Below the pieces are notes generated by a model. The model was not told where the DNA came from. It saw nothing but the letters and a program-made list of their open reading frames with translations, and did not search any database. A stretch of DNA of 64,000 nt from Oscillospiraceae bacterium (GTDB lineage Bacteria > Bacillota > Clostridia > Oscillospirales > Acutalibacteraceae), in assembly GCA_029098185.1 (NCBI GenBank), contig JAQXNV010000017.1, forward strand, positions 66-64,065, read 5' to 3'. The position numbers and the translations under genes are program-made. The stretch's first letter is position 1. Each line of letters opens with the position of its first letter. Shown in pieces: positions 54,734-63,613 of this stretch.

Positions 54734-56482
54734 ATGGCGTTGGACGGAATTTTTCTGCGCCATCTCCGACAGGAGATAGAGGAGACGGCACAAAACGCCA
54801 AAGTCGATAAAATTTATCAGCCGAACCGGGAGGAGCTGGTGCTGTCTCTCCGGACACGGTACGAAACGTATAAATTATTGTTGTCTGCCCGTGCCAACAG
54901 CGCCCGGGTCCACTTTACCACAGAATCTATTGAAAATCCCAAGCAGCCGCCCATGCTGTGTATGCTACTGCGGAAACGTCTCACTAGCGCTAAGCTGGTA
55001 AAGGTGCGGCAAAACGAGCTGGAACGGGTACTGTTCCTCGATTTTGACGTTTACAACGAGCTGGGGGATCTGGTGCGGCTGACGCTGGTCATCGAGATCA
55101 TGGGGCGGTACAGCAACGTGATCTTCCTGGATGGCAATGGGGTGATCTTAGACGCCCTCAAGCGGGTGGATGAGGACATGAGCTCTGAGCGGCTCGTCCT
55201 GCCGGGACTGCCCTATCGTTCTCCGCCGCCGCAGCATAAGCTGTCTCTGCTGGAAACGGCGCCGGAACAAGTTTTGCATATCATGGAGGAGAGCGCCAAA
55301 CAGCGGTCCCTTTCCAATCAATTGCTGGATACGCTCCAAGGCGTGTCTCCCGTCGTCTGCCGGGAACTGGAAAGCCGTGTGTGCGGTGCTGTCCCAACGA
55401 CGGTCCCTCTGCTCTCTGCGCCGCAGCGGCAGGTGTTGTTGTCTCTGCTCAAAGACCTTGCGGACAAAGCCAAAGAGGTGAGCGGTACGCCGTTTTTAGC
55501 GGTCAATGTGACGACGGGCAAGCCTTTGGACTTCTCGTTTTTGCCCATTACCCAGTACGGTGCTCTGGGGCAATGCCGTGAGGAGCCGTCGTTTTCCGCG
55601 CTGCTGGATGACTTTTACCAGGAGCGGGACCGCTTAGAGCGGATGAAGGTCAAGACCCAGGGACTGCACCGGGTCTTGACTACAGCCTCTGAGCGATTGA
55701 GCCGAAAGGTCAATTTACAGCAGGGCGAGCTGCGCCAATGCACCCAGCGGGAGCAGCTAAAGATCTGCGGTGACTTGATCAACGCCAATTTGTACCGGCT
55801 GAAAAAGGGGGATACCCTGGTGTCCCTGTGCAATTTTTACGAGCCGGAGCAGCCCATGGTGGCGGTCAAGCTGAACCCACTGCTGACGCCATCCCAAAAC
55901 GCGCAGAAGTATTATAAAGAATACCGGAAGGCGAAAACGGCAGAGGAAAAATTACAGGAGCAGATCGCCATGGCCCAGGAAGAGCTGCAATATCTGGACA
56001 CGGTGCAGGAGGAGCTTTCCCGGGCGTCTACAGAGCAGGAGCTGTCGGAGATCCGTCAGGAGCTTTTGGAGCAGGGCTACATCCGCCAAACTAAGCAGAA
56101 AAAGCAAAAGGGGAAGATCCCCGCTGCGTCGGCGCCCATGGAATTTTCTTCCAGCGACGGCTTTCGGATCCTGGTGGGCCGGAACAACCGTCAAAATGAC
56201 CGGCTCACCATGAAGATGGCCAATAATAACGATCTCTGGCTCCATGTAAAGGACCATCCCGGTTCCCATACGGTCATCGTCTCCGACCATAAAGCCATCT
56301 CGGAAACAGCCATTTTGGAGGCAGCACAGATCGCCGCTTATTTCAGCCGGTGCCGGGAATCTTCTCAGGTGCCGGTAGATTACACAGAGGTCCGCCATGT
56401 CAGCAAGCCCAACGGCGCAAAGCCCGGCATGGTCATCTATACACATCAAAAAACGGTGTACGTCACACCAAAGCAACCATAA
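54734..56482 (+). CDS. rqcH: Ribosome quality-control factor RqcH (NFACT/FbpA family)
   Basis: It has an NFACT-N N-terminus (MALDGIFLRHL..., KIYQP), a long coiled coil, and an NFACT-R region with DLWLHVKDHPGSHTVI. Confidence 0.9.
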   Translation: MALDGIFLRHLRQEIEETAQNAKVDKIYQPNREELVLSLRTRYETYKLLLSARANSARVHFTTESIENPKQPPMLCMLLRKRLTSAKLVKVRQNELERVLFLDFDVYNELGDLVRLTLVIEIMGRYSNVIFLDGNGVILDALKRVDEDMSSERLVLPGLPYRSPPPQHKLSLLETAPEQVLHIMEESAKQRSLSNQLLDTLQGVSPVVCRELESRVCGAVPTTVPLLSAPQRQVLLSLLKDLADKAKEVSGTPFLAVNVTTGKPLDFSFLPITQYGALGQCREEPSFSALLDDFYQERDRLERMKVKTQGLHRVLTTASERLSRKVNLQQGELRQCTQREQLKICGDLINANLYRLKKGDTLVSLCNFYEPEQPMVAVKLNPLLTPSQNAQKYYKEYRKAKTAEEKLQEQIAMAQEELQYLDTVQEELSRASTEQELSEIRQELLEQGYIRQTKQKKQKGKIPAASAPMEFSSSDGFRILVGRNNRQNDRLTMKMANNNDLWLHVKDHPGSHTVIVSDHKAISETAILEAAQIAAYFSRCRESSQVPVDYTEVRHVSKPNGAKPGMVIYTHQKTVYVTPKQP

Positions 56483-56516
56483 CCGTCCAGAATCATTTTG
56501 TTAGGAGGTATTCCCG

Positions 56517-56891
56517 ATGGGTAGTCGAATTTTATCTTTTGTCACGCTGGCACTCAGCTTTGCCGCGTCTCTTTTATTGATCCTAGCCGCCATTCTCCCA
56601 ACGCCCCAGACCCTGGGCGAAACAGCGTCCATCACGCTGTGCCTGGTGAGCGCGGCCATGTTCCTGCTGGCGCTGCGGTTCAACATCACCGCTCTGCGCC
56701 ACGATTTGACCAGCCGGATGATCATGCCCAATGCCGGTTTGCTGTGCGTTTCCGCCTTCTTGATCTTCCTGTTTATCCGCCATTTTGTCGTCATTCCGCA
56801 GATCGCCACCTACATCGTGCTGGGCGGCCTGGTCGCCTGCTTCCTGGTGATTTTTGTAGGCTACTGGGTCCAGAGAAGAAGGAGCTACTGA
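56517..56891 (+). CDS. Small membrane protein (four predicted TM segments)
   Basis: 124-aa hydrophobic ORF in the gap between rqcH and pgeF. The RBS (taggaggt) is upstream. Confidence 0.55.
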   Translation: MGSRILSFVTLALSFAASLLLILAAILPTPQTLGETASITLCLVSAAMFLLALRFNITALRHDLTSRMIMPNAGLLCVSAFLIFLFIRHFVVIPQIATYIVLGGLVACFLVIFVGYWVQRRRSY

Positions 56892-56892
56892 G

Positions 56893-57744
56893 ATGACATC
56901 CACACCACTGTGCAACATGACGCTCCGAACCGAAAAGGACGTTTCTTATCTCACCTTTCCCTGCTATGACGAGCTGCCCTTTGTGCGCCACAGCTTTTCC
57001 ACAAAGCTGGGGGGCGTCAGCGAGGGCGTATTTGCCACCATGAACCTCAGCTTTCACCGGGGCGACCCGGAGGAGAAGGTGCTGGAAAATTACCACCGCA
57101 TCTGCGACGCGGTAGGCTATGATTTTGAAAAGCTGGTGGCCTCGGCCCAGGATCACCATACGGTGGTGCGCCGGGTCACGTCTGCCCAGGCAGGCATTGG
57201 CATCTGGAAGGAGCGGGATCTGCAAAGCGTAGATGGCCTCATCACCAATGTGCCCGGCGTCGTGCTGGTGACGTATTACGCCGACTGCACGCCCCTTTAT
57301 TTTGTAGACCCGGTAAAAAAAGCCATCGGCCTATCCCATGCGGGCTGGCGGGGCACTGTGGCGGAGATGGGCAAGCATACCGTCAAAGCCATGACAGAGG
57401 CATTTGGCACCGATCCAAAGGATTTGATCGCCGCCATCGGTCCATCGATCGGCCAGTGCTGCTATGAGGTGGACGGCCCGGTCATCGAGGCGGTGCGAAA
57501 GCTTACTTATGTGCCGGAAGCAGCAGTGCTGCAGCCCAAAGCCAACGGTCGCTGTCAGCTTGACCTGTGGGAGCTCAACCGGCGTATCCTGCTGGAATCC
57601 GGCATCCCCGCAGAGCAGATCCATGTGGGCGGGGTGTGTACCCGGTGCCACAGCGATCTGCTCTACTCCCACCGTGTCATGGGGGCGCAGCGGGGCGGCA
57701 TGGCCGCTATGCTGTCCATCCGGGAACCGGGGGAGCCATCATGA
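56893..57744 (+). CDS. pgeF: Peptidoglycan editing factor PgeF (YfiH/DUF152 laccase-domain protein)
   Basis: HSFSTKLGGVS, DCTPLYF, SHAGWRGT and CTRCHSDLLYSHR. Confidence 0.88.
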   Translation: MTSTPLCNMTLRTEKDVSYLTFPCYDELPFVRHSFSTKLGGVSEGVFATMNLSFHRGDPEEKVLENYHRICDAVGYDFEKLVASAQDHHTVVRRVTSAQAGIGIWKERDLQSVDGLITNVPGVVLVTYYADCTPLYFVDPVKKAIGLSHAGWRGTVAEMGKHTVKAMTEAFGTDPKDLIAAIGPSIGQCCYEVDGPVIEAVRKLTYVPEAAVLQPKANGRCQLDLWELNRRILLESGIPAEQIHVGGVCTRCHSDLLYSHRVMGAQRGGMAAMLSIREPGEPS

Positions 57745-58640
57745 TAGAGAGACTGGAACACTGTACGATTTGTCCCAGAAACTGCGGTGCCAGACGAGAA
57801 AACGATCACGGAAGCGGCTTTTGCGGCATGGGGGTCCTGCCTTCTCTCGCGAGAGCTGCGCTTCATTTTTGGGAGGAACCGTGTATCAGCGGTACCCGCG
57901 GCTCCGGGACCGTTTTTTTCACCGGCTGCGCTTTGCGGTGTGTGTTCTGCCAAAACGCCGAGATCTCTAACGCTGGGTTTTCCGGCAAGATCTATAGGCC
58001 AAAAGAGCTGTCTGCGCTGTTTTTCCGTTTGGTGGAGCAGGGGGCCCACAATATCAATCTGGTCAATCCCACCCATTTTGCGCCTGCTGTGGCAGAAGCG
58101 CTGGCGTACCGGAAATTGCCGGTGCCGGTGGTGTACAACTGCGGCGGCTACGAATCGGTGAAAACGCTTAGGGAACTGGAGGGTCTGGTGGACATCTATC
58201 TGCCGGACTTTAAATATGGCAAAAACGATGTGGCAAAGCGGTATTCCCGCGCACCGGATTATGTGGAGGTGGCCCTTTTGGCCATTGCGGAAATGGTGCG
58301 CCAGCGGGGAGGGCCTGTCTTTGACGAAGCGGGGATGCTGCAAAGTGGCGTGCTGGTGCGGCATCTGCTGTTGCCGGGCAACACCCAAAACGCCATGGAA
58401 GCGCTGAGACTGCTAAAGGAACATTTTGGCAGTGAGATCCTGGTGAGCTTGATGGCCCAGTATGTGCCCTGCGGCAAGGTGAATGATGAGCAGTACAGCG
58501 AGCTCAATCGCCGGATCACCAAACGGGAGCTTTCAAAGGTAGAAGCGTACCTTTATGGGTTGGGCATGGAGGGGTTTGTGCAGGAGCGTTCCTCGGCGCA
58601 AAAAGACTTTATTCCCTCGTTTCATTTGGAAGGGCTTTGA
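57741..58640 (+). CDS. Radical SAM protein, PflX-like (pyruvate formate-lyase-activase-related)
   Basis: The N-terminus CTICPRNCGARR...GFCG and CALRCVFCQN (CxxxCxxC). ATGA overlap with pgeF. The longer ORF-track start at 57567 lies inside pgeF. Confidence 0.85.
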   Translation: MIERLEHCTICPRNCGARRENDHGSGFCGMGVLPSLARAALHFWEEPCISGTRGSGTVFFTGCALRCVFCQNAEISNAGFSGKIYRPKELSALFFRLVEQGAHNINLVNPTHFAPAVAEALAYRKLPVPVVYNCGGYESVKTLRELEGLVDIYLPDFKYGKNDVAKRYSRAPDYVEVALLAIAEMVRQRGGPVFDEAGMLQSGVLVRHLLLPGNTQNAMEALRLLKEHFGSEILVSLMAQYVPCGKVNDEQYSELNRRITKRELSKVEAYLYGLGMEGFVQERSSAQKDFIPSFHLEGL

Positions 58641-58739
58641 GTTCTGACAGATTTTGACAGAAAAGAAAGCTTGGTTCGTTGCATTTTTCGCGGTAAGGTG
58701 TTATAATAAAACTGTATTTTGCATTTTTGGAGGATTATT

Positions 58740-59555
58740 ATGGGTGATCTGAACAGTATTTGTGCCAGAGTGAGAGAAAATGTCATTACCACCATCGGTA
58801 CCCTCGGCGTTGGACATATTGGCGGCAGCCTGTCCATCGTGGACCTGTTGGTGGTGCTATATGAGAAGCATATGCACGTAGACCCTGCCAACCCGAAGAT
58901 GGAGGGCAGAGACCGGCTCATCGTCTCAAAAGGCCATGCGGGACCGGCGGTTTATGCCATGCTGGCGGAGAAAGGATTTTTTGACAAATCCTGGCTTTTG
59001 ACCCTGAATCAGTCCAACACCAACCTGCCCAGCCATTGCGATATGCACAGAACACCCGGTATCGATATGACGACCGGTTCGCTGGGACAGGGATTTTCCT
59101 GTGCCATGGGCGTGGCCAAGGCCTCGAAGATCCGCAGGGATGGCGCGACGATCTACACGATTATCGGTGACGGTGAAAGTCAGGAGGGGCAGATCTGGGA
59201 AGCAGCCATGTTCGCAGCCCAGCAGAAGCTCGACAATGTGATCGCCTTTACCGACTACAATAATATGCAGATCGACGGCAATGTGGACGATATTTGTGAC
59301 ATTGGGCCCCTTGCAGATAAATGGCGTGCTTTTGGCTGGAATACCATCGAGGTAGAGGACGGCCATGATGTAGACGCCATCGACAGCGCTATCGTGGAGG
59401 CCAAGCAGTCGGACAAGCCATCGATGATTATTCTCAAGACAGTCAAGGGAAAGGGCGTCAAGTTCATCGAGGAAATGGGCTATGGCAATCACAGTATTCC
59501 CATGACACCGGAATTGGTAGAGCAGGCATTGGCAGAAGTAAGGGGGACAAAGTAA
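58740..59555 (+). CDS. Transketolase, N-terminal (TPP-binding) subunit
   Basis: GHIGGSLS and GDGESQEGQIWEA motifs. GGAGG lies 5 nt upstream of the ATG at 58740. Confidence 0.9.
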   Translation: MGDLNSICARVRENVITTIGTLGVGHIGGSLSIVDLLVVLYEKHMHVDPANPKMEGRDRLIVSKGHAGPAVYAMLAEKGFFDKSWLLTLNQSNTNLPSHCDMHRTPGIDMTTGSLGQGFSCAMGVAKASKIRRDGATIYTIIGDGESQEGQIWEAAMFAAQQKLDNVIAFTDYNNMQIDGNVDDICDIGPLADKWRAFGWNTIEVEDGHDVDAIDSAIVEAKQSDKPSMIILKTVKGKGVKFIEEMGYGNHSIPMTPELVEQALAEVRGTK

Positions 59556-60487
59556 TGGAAATTCGCCAGGTATTGTGTACAGAGCTGGAAAAAATGATGA
59601 CGGAAAACGAGAATATCGTTGTCATCGACGCGGATCTTTCCAAACCAAACGGCACGTTTCCGCTGCGGAAAAAGTTCCCGGAGCGTGCCTTTGACGTAGG
59701 CATTGCCGAGCAGAACATGGCCAGCGTTGCGGCAGGCATGAGCAGCTATGGGTTTATTCCGTTTATTACGTCGTTCACGCCGTTTGCCAGCAGAAGAATT
59801 TGTGACCAGATCGCGATCTCCATCGCTTACGCAAAGCAGAACGTGAAGATCATCGGTTCTGACCCGGGCATTTCGGCAGAGTTCAACGGCGGTACCCACA
59901 TGAGCATGGAGGATGTGGGCGTGCTGCGGAGCATTCCGAACCTGGTCATCTACGAGGTGGTAGATGCCAACCAGTTCCGTCAGGCGCTGCCGCAGATCGT
60001 AGCGTACGATGGCCCGGTCTATATCCGGATGTTCCGAAAGACCATCGACGATGTGTTTACCGACGACAAATATCAGTTCGACTTGTTCCACGCAGACCAG
60101 CTCCAGGAAGGTAAGGACGTTTCCATTTTCTGTAGCGGCATCATGGTCCAGGAGACCATCAAGGCCAACGAATTGCTCAAGGCAGAGGGGATCGAAGCAG
60201 ACATCGTCAGCATCCATACCGTAAAGCCCATCGACCGGGAAGCGATTGTGGCCTCGGCCAAAAAGACCGGCGCAGTTGTCACGGCGGAGAACCATAACGT
60301 GATCGGCGGGCTGCGTTCTGCAGTTTCGGAGGTGCTTTGCGAGGAATGTCCCACACCGCTTCGTGCTGTGGGCGTAAAGGATCAGTTTGGTCAGGTGGGC
60401 AAGATGCCATTCCTGAAAGAAGTGTACCAGATGCGCGCTGAGGATATTGTGGCAGCAGTCAAAGAAGTAATGACCTTGAAAAAATAA
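59555..60487 (+). CDS. Transketolase, C-terminal (pyrimidine-binding) subunit
   Basis: FDVGIAEQNM is present, and the C-terminal domain is intact. The start abuts the stop of the N-terminal subunit (TAATG). Confidence 0.9.
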   Translation: MEIRQVLCTELEKMMTENENIVVIDADLSKPNGTFPLRKKFPERAFDVGIAEQNMASVAAGMSSYGFIPFITSFTPFASRRICDQIAISIAYAKQNVKIIGSDPGISAEFNGGTHMSMEDVGVLRSIPNLVIYEVVDANQFRQALPQIVAYDGPVYIRMFRKTIDDVFTDDKYQFDLFHADQLQEGKDVSIFCSGIMVQETIKANELLKAEGIEADIVSIHTVKPIDREAIVASAKKTGAVVTAENHNVIGGLRSAVSEVLCEECPTPLRAVGVKDQFGQVGKMPFLKEVYQMRAEDIVAAVKEVMTLKK

Positions 60488-60515
60488 ATCTATTTTCTGA
60501 GCCAATGCTCGAAAA

Positions 60516-60566
60516 AAAGCGCTTTTGCCCCAATGGATCGGGAGATCAAAGCGCTTTTTCTTTTTT
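60516..60566 (+). terminator. Terminator after the transketolase genes
   Basis: Two copies of the self-complementary AAAGCGCTTT (60516-25 and 60548-57) can pair. A T-rich tail follows. Confidence 0.6.
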
Positions 60567-60600
60567 GAGATGCGTTACAATTGTAGAGGCGTATGTTTAG

Positions 60601-60780
60601 ACAGAATATCCCTAGTCGCATATCCCATCTTATGGTATAATCAAAGAGACAAAACGACGCTAGGGGAGAATCACCGAAGCGCAAGACGGGAAAAGCAAAA
60701 GGCGATAAAACGGCGCACGCGCAGGGGTACGGGCTTATCCACCGGGCCATAGAGGAAACGATAGAGGGGGACAGGGGGTG
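60601..60780 (+). pseudogene. Promoter plus decayed remnant of an RHH gene, homologous to 63509-63830
   Basis: ACAGAATAT..CTAGTCGCATATC..TATGGTATAAT parallels ACAGAATAT..CTAGTCGTATATC..TATGGTACAAT. Downstream blocks ACCGAAGCGCAAGACGGGAAAAGCAAAAG, AACGGCGCAC and TTATCCACCGGGCCATAGA match the intact RHH gene. This copy has deletions, and the equivalent reading frame hits TAA. Confidence 0.65.
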
Positions 60781-60790
60781 AGTGCAAGAG

Positions 60791-61117
60791 ATGAATGAAA
60801 TAACACTTGAAAAACTGCGCACACTATGTCATGATGATACCATCCGCATCACACAGCATCTGACGTTGCGCTGTCGTGAAAGAAAGATACGATTTGCGGA
60901 CATCAAACACGCAATCATGACAGGAGAACTCATTGAGACATACCCAGATGATTTTCCACAGCCCAGTTGTCTGATTCTCGGCAAAACTGTCAGCGGAAAC
61001 CCGCTCCACGTGGTTGTTGGCGTTGAAAATAGTTGCTTGTGGCTCATCACAGCATATTATCCGGATAGCGATAACTGGGAACCCGATTTAAAAACGAGAA
61101 AGGGGCAGCAACGATGA
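60791..61117 (+). CDS. DUF4258-family putative toxin
   Basis: 108 aa with ITQHLTLRCRERKIRFADIKHAI..GELIETYPDD.PQPSCLILG...PLHVVV, typical of DUF4258. Confidence 0.78.
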   Translation: MNEITLEKLRTLCHDDTIRITQHLTLRCRERKIRFADIKHAIMTGELIETYPDDFPQPSCLILGKTVSGNPLHVVVGVENSCLWLITAYYPDSDNWEPDLKTRKGQQR

Positions 61118-61350
61118 ATTGCTTTATGTGTAAAGGCGAATTGCAGGAAGGAACTACAAATCATGTTGTCACGTTGGAGAGCGGCTGCATTGTGATCGTG
61201 AAGAATGTGCCCTGTTTGCGCTGTAAACAGTGCGGGGAAACGTATTACACCGGCACTGTGACGGAACAGCTGGAGGTCATTCTGGACACATTGGAAACCA
61301 ATCTGACGGAGATCGCTGTAGTGGAATATTCCCGTGTCAACGTCGCGTAA
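61114..61350 (+). CDS. YgiT-type zinc-finger protein (MqsA N-domain-like putative antitoxin)
   Basis: CFMCKG...CLRCKQCGE is a four-Cys zinc ribbon. ATGA overlap with the DUF4258 gene. Confidence 0.78.
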   Translation: MNCFMCKGELQEGTTNHVVTLESGCIVIVKNVPCLRCKQCGETYYTGTVTEQLEVILDTLETNLTEIAVVEYSRVNVA

Positions 61351-61362
61351 TAAAACGTTAGG

Positions 61363-61390
61363 GGTCTGCAAATGCAGGCCTTTTTCTTTT
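61363..61390 (+). terminator. Terminator after the toxin-antitoxin pair
   Basis: GGTCTGCA-aa-TGCAGGCC followed by TTTTTCTTTT. Confidence 0.7.
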
Positions 61391-61395
61391 GCCTC

Positions 61396-61664
61396 CTCAT
61401 AGGGGAGCCGAGAATGGATTAGGCGCAAAGCCCCTTGCCTCCCCTTAAAGGGGAGGTGGATGCCGTCGTAAGACGGCGGAGGGGTAACACGGGAGTGGCT
61501 ATCCCAAATACCCCTCAGTCTGCTTTGCAGACAGCTCTGCAAATCACCCCTCAGTCACCTTCGGTGACAGCTCCCCTACAAGGGGAGCCGAGAAAAAGCT
61601 GAGCGCAAGCTATGCCGAAAGGGTGACACGGGAGCGGCTACCCCAAATACCCCCCAGTCAGATA
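61396..61664. repeat. Hairpin-rich REP-like repeat cluster (two copies of a composite unit)
   Basis: GGGGAGCCGAGAA occurs twice. ACACGGGAG(T/C)GGCTA(T/C)CCCAAATACCCC(T/C)CAGTC occurs twice. ACCCCTCAGTC also appears a third time, in a partial copy. Tight hairpins are CCTCCCCTT-AA-AGGGGAGG, GCCGTC-GTAA-GACGGC, GTCTGC-TTT-GCAGAC, GTCACC-TTCG-GGTGAC and CTCCCCT-ACA-AGGGGAG. Confidence 0.85.
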
Positions 61665-63140
61665 CTACGCCTGTTTCAAACAGTCTGCTGCAATATAATA
61701 CGTCTTGCCGTTCATCTTGATTTGGTACCAAGTATGCCCGCTGGCTTTTTTGCTGTAGCCCTTCACCACATTCACTGTTTTTCCTTTGGCCAATATTCCT
61801 TTCACAGCGCCGCTGGTGCTGGGATTTGCCCGATAATTGACAACGGTTTTGGTCTGATACTTTGCATAGCTTACGGTAATCGATTTGGCAGAAGACATCT
61901 TGCTCCGCACCGTTTTGCCGTTAGCTTTGGCATAAGCCCGCACGGTATAAGTATACCGCTTTCCGCTGACAGCGGTTTTGTCGACGTAGCTGCTGCCCGA
62001 AACTGTCGCGATTTTTTGGGCCTTTCCGTTCTCGGTTTTGCGGTAAATTTCATAGCCGGAAGCGCCCTTTATCTTGGACCACTGAAGCTGTACCCCCTTG
62101 GTCACATTCTTCACAGCAGTAAAGCTCGGTTTTGATGAAGAAATCGACGATGCTTGATGACGGATCGTATACTGCACCGCGTCATAATTGTGCAGTTCAA
62201 AGGGACGAATCCGGATAGTTTCTCCCTTCTCCAGTGAAAAAGAACACTGCTTTGTTTGTCCATCCAATCGGTAGCCTTGCGTGGTATTGCCATAAATCAT
62301 CGTTCCGCACAACAGATAGGAATCTTTCGGATCTTTGACCGTTCCGCTATAAGATAACGTGTATGTTCCATCGGCCGGTGCAGTGTAGGTTAAATCGTCG
62401 CCGACGAGCACCGGCTTTGAGGCAACGCCCTCTTTCAAGATCTCGTTGGTTGTTTTTGTCACGATACCCGTTGGGTTTTCATAGCCGCTCCAGGAGACGA
62501 GAATCGTCACAGGTTCCCCTTTTTTACAGGAGAAAGGCTTGTGATGCAGTCCAAAGGTGATGCAATAGCCTTCTGCGCTGCTGTCAATTCCCACATAGCT
62601 TCCCGCTTTCGCATCACCGGAGAACGTGAATCGATAATTACCGCTTTCCGGTGGTGTGAAGGTGTATACCGCAAACGGACTGGAAATCGAGACCGATTTT
62701 CCTAAGTTGACAGTTTGGGGAGCCGCAGCCTTTCCGATCTCCACTTGATACGATCCGTTGACTTCCAAATAGTAAGTCTGCCCGGCAACCAATTCCTTTG
62801 CAAAACAATACAGATAACCGGGATGATACAATTCATAGCTGGAACCCTGATCGCCAGGATCCGCAGCGTAAAATTGAAACCCAAATTCATCGTCTCCTTG
62901 CAAACTAAATTGATAATAGCCGCTTTCCGATGGTGTAAATTGATAAATGCTGCTCTGCTCCTCACTGCCTTCTGCTAGATTTTGTTTTCCCATTTCCAGC
63001 ACGGGGTAATCCTGGCCGGATACCTCTATGTTGGCAAGTGTTTCCGCACCAACGGTCATTGCTGTAGCAGGTACCATTGCCGCAGTGATCAAGCTGGCGC
63101 AAAGCATTGCAAGGATTCTTTTTTTGGTAGATTGTTTCAT
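61665..63140 (-). CDS. Secreted protein with repeated beta-rich modules, an FN3-like domain and a C-terminal SH3b domain
   Basis: Signal peptide MKQSTKKRILAMLCASLITAAMVPATAMTVGAE. The FN3-like block is KGVQLQWSKIKGASGYEIYRK...GKRYTYTVRAYA. The SH3b-like tail is YQTKTVVNYRANPSTSGAVKGILAKGKTVNVV...WYQIKMNGKTYYI. The start is at M22 of the ORF-track protein. Confidence 0.8.
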   Translation of the reverse strand: MKQSTKKRILAMLCASLITAAMVPATAMTVGAETLANIEVSGQDYPVLEMGKQNLAEGSEEQSSIYQFTPSESGYYQFSLQGDDEFGFQFYAADPGDQGSSYELYHPGYLYCFAKELVAGQTYYLEVNGSYQVEIGKAAAPQTVNLGKSVSISSPFAVYTFTPPESGNYRFTFSGDAKAGSYVGIDSSAEGYCITFGLHHKPFSCKKGEPVTILVSWSGYENPTGIVTKTTNEILKEGVASKPVLVGDDLTYTAPADGTYTLSYSGTVKDPKDSYLLCGTMIYGNTTQGYRLDGQTKQCSFSLEKGETIRIRPFELHNYDAVQYTIRHQASSISSSKPSFTAVKNVTKGVQLQWSKIKGASGYEIYRKTENGKAQKIATVSGSSYVDKTAVSGKRYTYTVRAYAKANGKTVRSKMSSAKSITVSYAKYQTKTVVNYRANPSTSGAVKGILAKGKTVNVVKGYSKKASGHTWYQIKMNGKTYYIAADCLKQA

Positions 63141-63244
63141 GATCTTCACTCCAAGTTTTATTTTCCCAGGCAACAGACAGTTGTCTAATTCAAATCGTAC
63201 CAAAACACACCAATACTGTCAAGAAAAATCGGAATTTGTTCCAT

Positions 63245-63272
63245 TAAAGTCTCATTGGTAAAGTCTCATTGG
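63245..63272. repeat. Perfect tandem repeat, 2 x 14 bp, upstream of the secreted-protein gene
   Basis: TAAAGTCTCATTGG occurs twice, about 105-130 nt upstream of the minus-strand start at 63140. Confidence 0.9.
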
Positions 63273-63458
63273 GATGGCTTCTTGTAAAAAGAGGCGCTGA
63301 TGTATGCAATTCACCCCGTTTGTGCTGACCTTTCTCGACTTCATTCTGGCAGACCGGATAGAGGGAAAAGGGCGGGGAAGTGGAGGTATGGCGCAGCAAG
63401 GGGCAGTCTGTTGTCACCGGTGTATTGCCTTGACTGTGATTATAGCATAATATATGGA

Positions 63459-63531
63459 GTCGTATATATCAACAGGCAAACAGTACAAATATGGGGTCGT
63501 ATATTTGTACAGAATATATCTAGTCGTATAT
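63459..63531 (+). repeat. Three direct GTCGTATAT repeats (iteron/operator-like) upstream of the RHH gene
   Basis: Copies lie at 63459-67, 63496-504 and 63523-31. A related GTCGCATAT sits at the equivalent place in the decayed copy, near 60615. Confidence 0.8.
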
Positions 63532-63540
63532 CATATACTA

Positions 63541-63549
63541 TGGTACAAT
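63541..63549 (+). promoter_or_regulatory. Extended -10 promoter of the RHH cassette
   Basis: TGGTACAAT. The homologous site at 60633-41 reads TGGTATAAT. Confidence 0.55.
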
Positions 63550-63613
63550 GGTATTTGTAAAAAAAGACACAGAACGAAATCCCCCTTTGCAAGAGGTGAT
63601 ATCAAGAGGTGAT

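Noticed and set aside
61057-61542. A 161-aa minus-strand ORF overlapping the YgiT gene and the repeat cluster.
   Set aside because: It is antisense to a recognisable gene, and its C-terminal half is translated hairpin repeats. This is a typical spurious ORF created by REP-like elements.
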